Shown: positions 59,790 through 64,000 of the stretch, one piece after another
Layout: each line of letters begins with the position of its first letter
Numbering within the stretch: the stretch's first letter is position 1
From: Candidatus Omnitrophota bacterium
Lineage (GTDB): Bacteria; Omnitrophota; Gorgyraeia; Gygaellales; Profunditerraquicolaceae
Direction: 5' to 3'
Assembly: GCA_041653115.1 (NCBI GenBank)
Contig: JBAZGA010000004.1
Coordinates: 4,660 to 68,659, forward strand
Length of the DNA: 64,000 bases
Position numbers and translations under genes: made by a program
Notes under the pieces: generated by a model
The model's input: only the letters and a program-made list of their open reading frames with translations
The model's database searches: none
Told to the model about the DNA's origin: nothing

Positions 59790-60263
59790 TTATTTTTTCG
59801 CTTTAATCTTCTCTTTGCCCAATATATCCTTCAATTCTATCATGAATTGCCCGACGTCCTTGAATTGCCTGTATACCGAGGCGAACCTCACGTAGGCAAC
59901 ATCATCGAGCGCCTTTAATTTTTCCATCACCAGCTCGCCGATGCGGCTGGAAGGGATTTCCCGGTCCGATTTTTTCTGAATCGCCCGTTCTACCTGAAGC
60001 ACGATTCCCTCCATTTTTTCCATGCTCACCGGCCGCTTTTCGCAGGCCTTGATAATCCCGGAGAGGACCTTTTTGCGGTCAAACGGCTCGCGCCGGCCGT
60101 CTTTCTTGATTACCATCAGGGAAATTTCTTCCACGTATTCATAAGTCGTAAAGCGCTTGCCGCATTTCAGGCATTCCCTGCGCCGCCTCACTGCCGACTC
60201 CTCCTGCGTGGCGCGCGAGTCCACTACCTTATCTTCTTTATACCCGCAATAAGGGCATCTCAT
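59790..60263 (-). CDS. nrdR: transcriptional repressor NrdR
   Basis: 157 aa. MRCPYCG...[16 protein letters not shown] zinc ribbon plus ATP-cone. Confidence 0.92.
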   Translation of the reverse strand: MRCPYCGYKEDKVVDSRATQEESAVRRRRECLKCGKRFTTYEYVEEISLMVIKKDGRREPFDRKKVLSGIIKACEKRPVSMEKMEGIVLQVERAIQKKSDREIPSSRIGELVMEKLKALDDVAYVRFASVYRQFKDVGQFMIELKDILGKEKIKAKK

Positions 60264-60721
60264 TTCGGCTTTCTTACTTTAATCCCGGCTTCCCTTAAGA
60301 ATTTCTTCGCTAATTTATCGGGATAACCGTCGGCAATGACGATTTCCCTGACCCCGGCATTTATCAGCATCTTGGCGCAAATTACGCAGGGCTGGTTTGT
60401 GGCGTAAAGCGTGCTTCCTTTGGTGCTTACGCCGTACACTGACGCCTGAATCAGCGCGTTCTGTTCGGCATGCAGCGCCCGGCAGAGTTCCTGCCGCTGT
60501 CCCGAAGGGATTTTTAGTTTTTCGCGCAGGCACCCGGTATCAATACAATGCCTAAGCCCGGAAGGGGCGCCGTTATAACCGGTGGCTAAAATCCTTTTGT
60601 CCTTTACCAGGACCGCTCCCACCATCCTCCTCAAGCAGGTGGCTCTTTTGGAAACTAATCTTGCCACTTCCAAAAAATATTCATCCCAGCTCGGCCGCTG
60701 AAGGGTATTTTTTCTTTTCAC
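60260..60721 (-). CDS. dCMP deaminase (cytidine/deoxycytidylate deaminase family, ComEB-like)
   Basis: 153 aa. HAEQNAL and PCVICAKML zinc-binding motifs. Confidence 0.85.
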   Translation of the reverse strand: MKRKNTLQRPSWDEYFLEVARLVSKRATCLRRMVGAVLVKDKRILATGYNGAPSGLRHCIDTGCLREKLKIPSGQRQELCRALHAEQNALIQASVYGVSTKGSTLYATNQPCVICAKMLINAGVREIVIADGYPDKLAKKFLREAGIKVRKPK

Positions 60722-61974
60722 TTTAATAACTCCGGATATAAAGGAAATCTCTTGGTTAAAGTTAAAACCCCGGTCTTAATTTTAGCCAGCGCCTTGGGAT
60801 TGTCGCTGGCCTCAATTGCCTGATTGATAAACTGGGCGATCTGGCGCATCTGGAATTCTTTCATCCTGCGCGTAGTCACCGCGGCAGTGCCCAGGCGGAT
60901 GCCGCTGGTAGTCGCCGGGCTCTTATGGTCAAAAGGAATCAGATTCTTATTCACGGTGATTCCCGCCTGCCCCAAAGCCAAAGAGGCATCGCGGCCGGTA
61001 AGGCCCTTTTCCGTCAGGTCAACGAGCAATAAATGCGTGTCTGTGCCCCCGGAAACAATCCGAAAACCCTTCTTCGCCAAAGTGCGGGCGAGTTCCCGCG
61101 CGTTCTTCACAATCTGGCGCTGGTAAGCCCGGAATTTTGCTGTTTTGGCCTCGTGAAAGGCAATTGCCTTGGCGGCAATCACATGCATCAGCGGCCCGCC
61201 CTGGATACCGGGGAATATCCGGCTGTCGATTTTTCTGGCAAATTCTTTTTTACAGATGACAAAGCCGCCGCGCGGCCCGCGCAGGGTTTTATGCGTGGTG
61301 GAAGTGACAAAATCCGCATAAGGGACCGGCGAAGGATGGACGCCGGCAGCGACGAGCCCGGCGATATGCGCCATATCCACAAAAAGGTATGCCCCTACCT
61401 TATCGCAGATTTTACGGAAGGCTTTAAAATCTATCCTTCTCGGGTAAGCCGAAGCCCCGGCTAAAATCAGCCTGGGACGATGCTTCTTTGCCAAATCCAT
61501 AATCTTATCATAATCCAAAACTTCGTTCTCTCTATCCACCCCGTAAGTAAATACCTGATAAAACATCCCCGAGAAGTTGTGCGGGTGGCCGTGGGTTAAA
61601 TGTCCGCCGCAGGCGAGGTCCATCGCCAGGATTTTATCCCCGGGTTTTAAGGCGGCGAAATAAACCGCCATATTTGCCTGCGTGCCGGAATGCGCTTGGA
61701 CATTGATGTGCTCGCAGCCGAATAATTCCTTGCCCCGCTCAATCGCTAACGCTTCGGCCTCATCCACATACTCGCATCCGCCGTACCAGCGCGCCTTAGG
61801 ATAGCCTTCGGCGTATTTGTTGGTCAGGACCGACCCTTGCGCCTCCAGCACTGCCAGGGAAGTAAAATTCTCCGAGGCAATCAACTCCAGGTTCTCATCC
61901 TGCCTTTTAATTTCATTTTTGATTATCGCGTAAATCTCCGGGTCAAGCTTCCTGACGTGTTTTAAGGTCTCCAT
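60718..61974 (-). CDS. glyA: serine hydroxymethyltransferase
   Basis: 418 aa. SHMT signatures ([21 protein letters not shown]). Confidence 0.95.
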   Translation of the reverse strand: METLKHVRKLDPEIYAIIKNEIKRQDENLELIASENFTSLAVLEAQGSVLTNKYAEGYPKARWYGGCEYVDEAEALAIERGKELFGCEHINVQAHSGTQANMAVYFAALKPGDKILAMDLACGGHLTHGHPHNFSGMFYQVFTYGVDRENEVLDYDKIMDLAKKHRPRLILAGASAYPRRIDFKAFRKICDKVGAYLFVDMAHIAGLVAAGVHPSPVPYADFVTSTTHKTLRGPRGGFVICKKEFARKIDSRIFPGIQGGPLMHVIAAKAIAFHEAKTAKFRAYQRQIVKNARELARTLAKKGFRIVSGGTDTHLLLVDLTEKGLTGRDASLALGQAGITVNKNLIPFDHKSPATTSGIRLGTAAVTTRRMKEFQMRQIAQFINQAIEASDNPKALAKIKTGVLTLTKRFPLYPELLK

Positions 61975-62420
61975 CGCTTTATGTCCTTTTCTATGCTTTG
62001 TATCTGCTTCAGGCGCCTTTGGTATCTTCCGCCTTTAAATTTTGTCTTCAGCCAGGTGTTGGCGATTCTTTTGGCTAGCGCCGCGCTTGTAAATACCGAG
62101 GCCAGGACCAGGACATTGCTGTTATTGTGCTCGCGGGAAAGCTTAGCCGCCTTGAGGTTATAGCAGAGGGCGGCGTGCACGCCAGGCAATCTGTTCGCCA
62201 CGATAGAATTGCCGATGCCGCTCTTACAGACGAGGATTCCGCGTTTATATTTTCCCGCGGAGACTTGCCTGGCCAGGCGATAGGCAAATTCGGGGTAATC
62301 GCAGCGCTCCTTTGAATAGGCGCCCAAATCTTTTACCTTCAAGCCCAGCTTTTTTAAGTAAGGCTTTATTTGTTCCTTTAACTGGAAACCGGCGTGGTCA
62401 GACGCAATAAGTATGGTCAT
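61962..62420 (-). CDS. rpiB: ribose-5-phosphate isomerase B
   Basis: 152 aa. N-terminus IASDHAGF and CGSGIG-like (CKSGIGNSI) motif. Confidence 0.88.
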   Translation of the reverse strand: MTILIASDHAGFQLKEQIKPYLKKLGLKVKDLGAYSKERCDYPEFAYRLARQVSAGKYKRGILVCKSGIGNSIVANRLPGVHAALCYNLKAAKLSREHNNSNVLVLASVFTSAALAKRIANTWLKTKFKGGRYQRRLKQIQSIEKDIKRWRP

Positions 62421-63478
62421 ATGAGCTTGCTTATCCTTTCTACCGTCTCCTTGATTACTGCCAGGGTCATTTGGTAAAATTCCAACGGTTTGCCAATCGG
62501 GTCTTGTATACTAAGGTTATTATCTTTTATTTTAGCAAATTCTTTTAATAAAAACACTCTGTTTTTTATTTCCGGAGCCAGGCGTAACACTTCCAGCTCA
62601 TGCCTTTTTTCCATCAATAAGATAATATCCGCCTGCTTAAGCATTTCTTTAGTCACCTGCTGCGAGCGGTGAGCCGAGACATCTATTCCCTCCTGCTCCA
62701 GGGCTCTTTCGGTCAGCTGCGTTGCCCCTGTGCCCTTAAGCATCAGGATGCCTGCGGATAAGACCTTTATATTAGTACGGTTGTCTTCTCTCAGCTTTTT
62801 CTCCAGGAGCGCTTTGGCCATTACCGAGCGGCAGGAATTCCCGGTGCAGATAAAGAGCACGGTTTTTTTCGCCGCTAATTCCTCGAGCTTTTCTTTTTTG
62901 ATTGCCCCTTCTCTTAAGACCGCGAAAGGCGTAACGCTCAAATCCACAACCGTGGATTCAACTCCCAATTCGGTATCTCCCGCGTCAATGGCAAAGTCCA
63001 CCTTGCCTTCCAGACCCCTTATTGCCTCAGTGAATGTCATTGGCGCCGGGGCACCGGAAAGATTCGCCGAAGGGCAAACTACAGGCACTTCCGCTAATTC
63101 AATTATCCTTAAAGCAATTTGGTTATCCGGCACGCGTATACCGATCGTGCCGTGGTTATTTGATTTTAAAATCATGGTCAAAGGCCCGGGCCAAAACTCA
63201 TCCGCAAACTTATAAGCCAGCACGGGTATATTTTTGGCAAATTCCTCCATCCTCTCTTTTCTCTCTATATGCAGAGAGAAAAGTTTCTCCTTTGGGCGGT
63301 TCTTGACTTCATAGAGCCGGTTGATGGTCTCCCGGTTGAGCATATTGGCGGCAATCCCGTAAACCGTTTCAGTGGGGATAATCGCCAGGCCGCCGTTTTT
63401 GATAATCTCGGCTGCTTCCTCAAGATAATCTTCCTGCGGGTTTTGTGGGTCTAATTTTACAATCTTGGTAGAAGGCAT
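62417..63478 (-). CDS. L-threonylcarbamoyladenylate synthase (TsaC/YrdC domain) fused to a low-molecular-weight protein phosphatase domain
   Basis: 353 aa. N-terminal YrdC fold (IPTETVYGIAAN...GPLTMIL...SANLSG). The C-terminal LMW-PTP has a CTGNSCRS P-loop and a DP motif. Confidence 0.8.
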   Translation of the reverse strand: MPSTKIVKLDPQNPQEDYLEEAAEIIKNGGLAIIPTETVYGIAANMLNRETINRLYEVKNRPKEKLFSLHIERKERMEEFAKNIPVLAYKFADEFWPGPLTMILKSNNHGTIGIRVPDNQIALRIIELAEVPVVCPSANLSGAPAPMTFTEAIRGLEGKVDFAIDAGDTELGVESTVVDLSVTPFAVLREGAIKKEKLEELAAKKTVLFICTGNSCRSVMAKALLEKKLREDNRTNIKVLSAGILMLKGTGATQLTERALEQEGIDVSAHRSQQVTKEMLKQADIILLMEKRHELEVLRLAPEIKNRVFLLKEFAKIKDNNLSIQDPIGKPLEFYQMTLAVIKETVERISKLI

Positions 63479-63485
63479 ATTTTAG

Positions 63486-63968
63486 TTATACCTTAATCCT
63501 GATTTGCTTTATCTTTGCCGCCATCTTTTTTTTATAAGTTAAAAGCTTCTTTGCTGTCTTTTTATCGCTAATGCCTAAAATCTCCAAGGCAAAAATCGCG
63601 GCATTCTTTGCCCCGGCTCTTCCAATCGCCATCGAGGCAACCGGGATTCCCGCCGGCATCTGCAGCGTTGATAATAAGGAATCCAGGCCTTTTAAGCTTT
63701 TTGTCTCCATGGGGATCCCGATAACCGGTAAGGTAGTGAGGCTGGCGATTACTCCGGCTAAAGCTGCGGCTCCTCCGGCAGCGGCAATAAAAACCCTGAC
63801 TCCCCTTTTTGGCGCAGCCTCCACATAGGCGGCCAATTCCTTAGGCGTCCTGTGTGCGGACAAAACCCTCACTTCAAATCCGGCTTTGAATTCTTTAAGC
63901 AGGTTGATTGCCTCCTGTACGGTTTCCAAATCCGACTGGCTGCCCATAATCATACTGATTTTAGCCAT
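63486..63968 (-). CDS. purE: N5-carboxyaminoimidazole ribonucleotide mutase
   Basis: 160 aa. IMGSQSDL and AGGAAALAGV PurE motifs. Confidence 0.92.
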   Translation of the reverse strand: MAKISMIMGSQSDLETVQEAINLLKEFKAGFEVRVLSAHRTPKELAAYVEAAPKRGVRVFIAAAGGAAALAGVIASLTTLPVIGIPMETKSLKGLDSLLSTLQMPAGIPVASMAIGRAGAKNAAIFALEILGISDKKTAKKLLTYKKKMAAKIKQIRIKV

Positions 63969-64000
63969 AATGCCTCCGGTGAAATTTTGTTTTTAGCGGG

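Overview
This 64-kb window looks like a chromosomal segment from an LPS-producing Gram-negative bacterium, lineage not determinable from sequence alone. By eye GC is roughly 50%, except a clearly AT-rich stretch at about 10.46-12.38 kb. I support 64 protein-coding genes, and 63 of them are on the minus strand. The only plus-strand gene is a Ski2-like helicase at 53230-55146. I found no rRNA, tRNA, CRISPR array or transposase.

Gene content, in coordinate order:
- A conserved isoprenoid and envelope cluster: uppS-cdsA-dxr-rseP-ispG-(cpaF-like ATPase)-proS.
- A GH57 alpha-glucan gene with a lysine-rich partner.
- An OmpA-like lipoprotein followed by a membrane-anchored coiled-coil protein.
- A two-gene AT-rich islet carrying a GDSL hydrolase and a GT2 glycosyltransferase.
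- purA, an HMGL-family synthase, serA with a class V aminotransferase, and tig-clpP.
- A large LPS cluster: lptB, an lptC/A-like gene, kdsC, then kdsD-kdsA-kdsB, an hldE kinase domain, a DHS-like gene, four GT9 heptosyltransferase domains, two GT4 domains, a deacetylase, an LpxL-ELM1 fusion, lpxK, a cupin, and waaA.
- A housekeeping run: xerC-topA-dprA, aroK, spoVG, aroC, cca, nrdR, dCMP deaminase, glyA, rpiB, a tsaC-PTP fusion, and purE.

The most unusual feature is a roughly 5.4-kb cassette inserted between kdsD and kdsC, inside the otherwise conserved kdsD-kdsC-lptC-lptA-lptB arrangement. It encodes four proteins that all have type IV pilin-like (class III) N-termini: a PilX-N-like protein, a small pseudopilin, and two large tandem paralogs of 696 and 812 aa. 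Each large paralog fuses a pilin N-terminal helix to a right-handed parallel beta-helix body and a shared C-terminal module. The paralogs share near-identical 5' ends, 3' ends and 3' flanks. The same -35/-10 promoter-like element sits in front of the distal paralog and in front of kdsC.

Other points worth a second look:
- A 54-nt intergenic motif occurs twice, upstream of xerC and of cca, and contains the perfect palindrome AAAACGTTTT.
- A 5'-nucleotidase-like metallophosphatase is fused to CxxC thioredoxin-like domains.
- A deoxyhypusine-synthase-family gene sits inside the heptose/LPS core operon.
- A Macro-NUDIX fusion is convergent with the helicase.
- An MshEN-PilZ protein is likely a c-di-GMP receptor.
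- Several domain fusions occur in the LPS core region: GT9-GT9, GT4-GT9 and LpxL-ELM1.

All calls rest on reading the translated ORFs and nucleotide patterns directly. No database searches were run.
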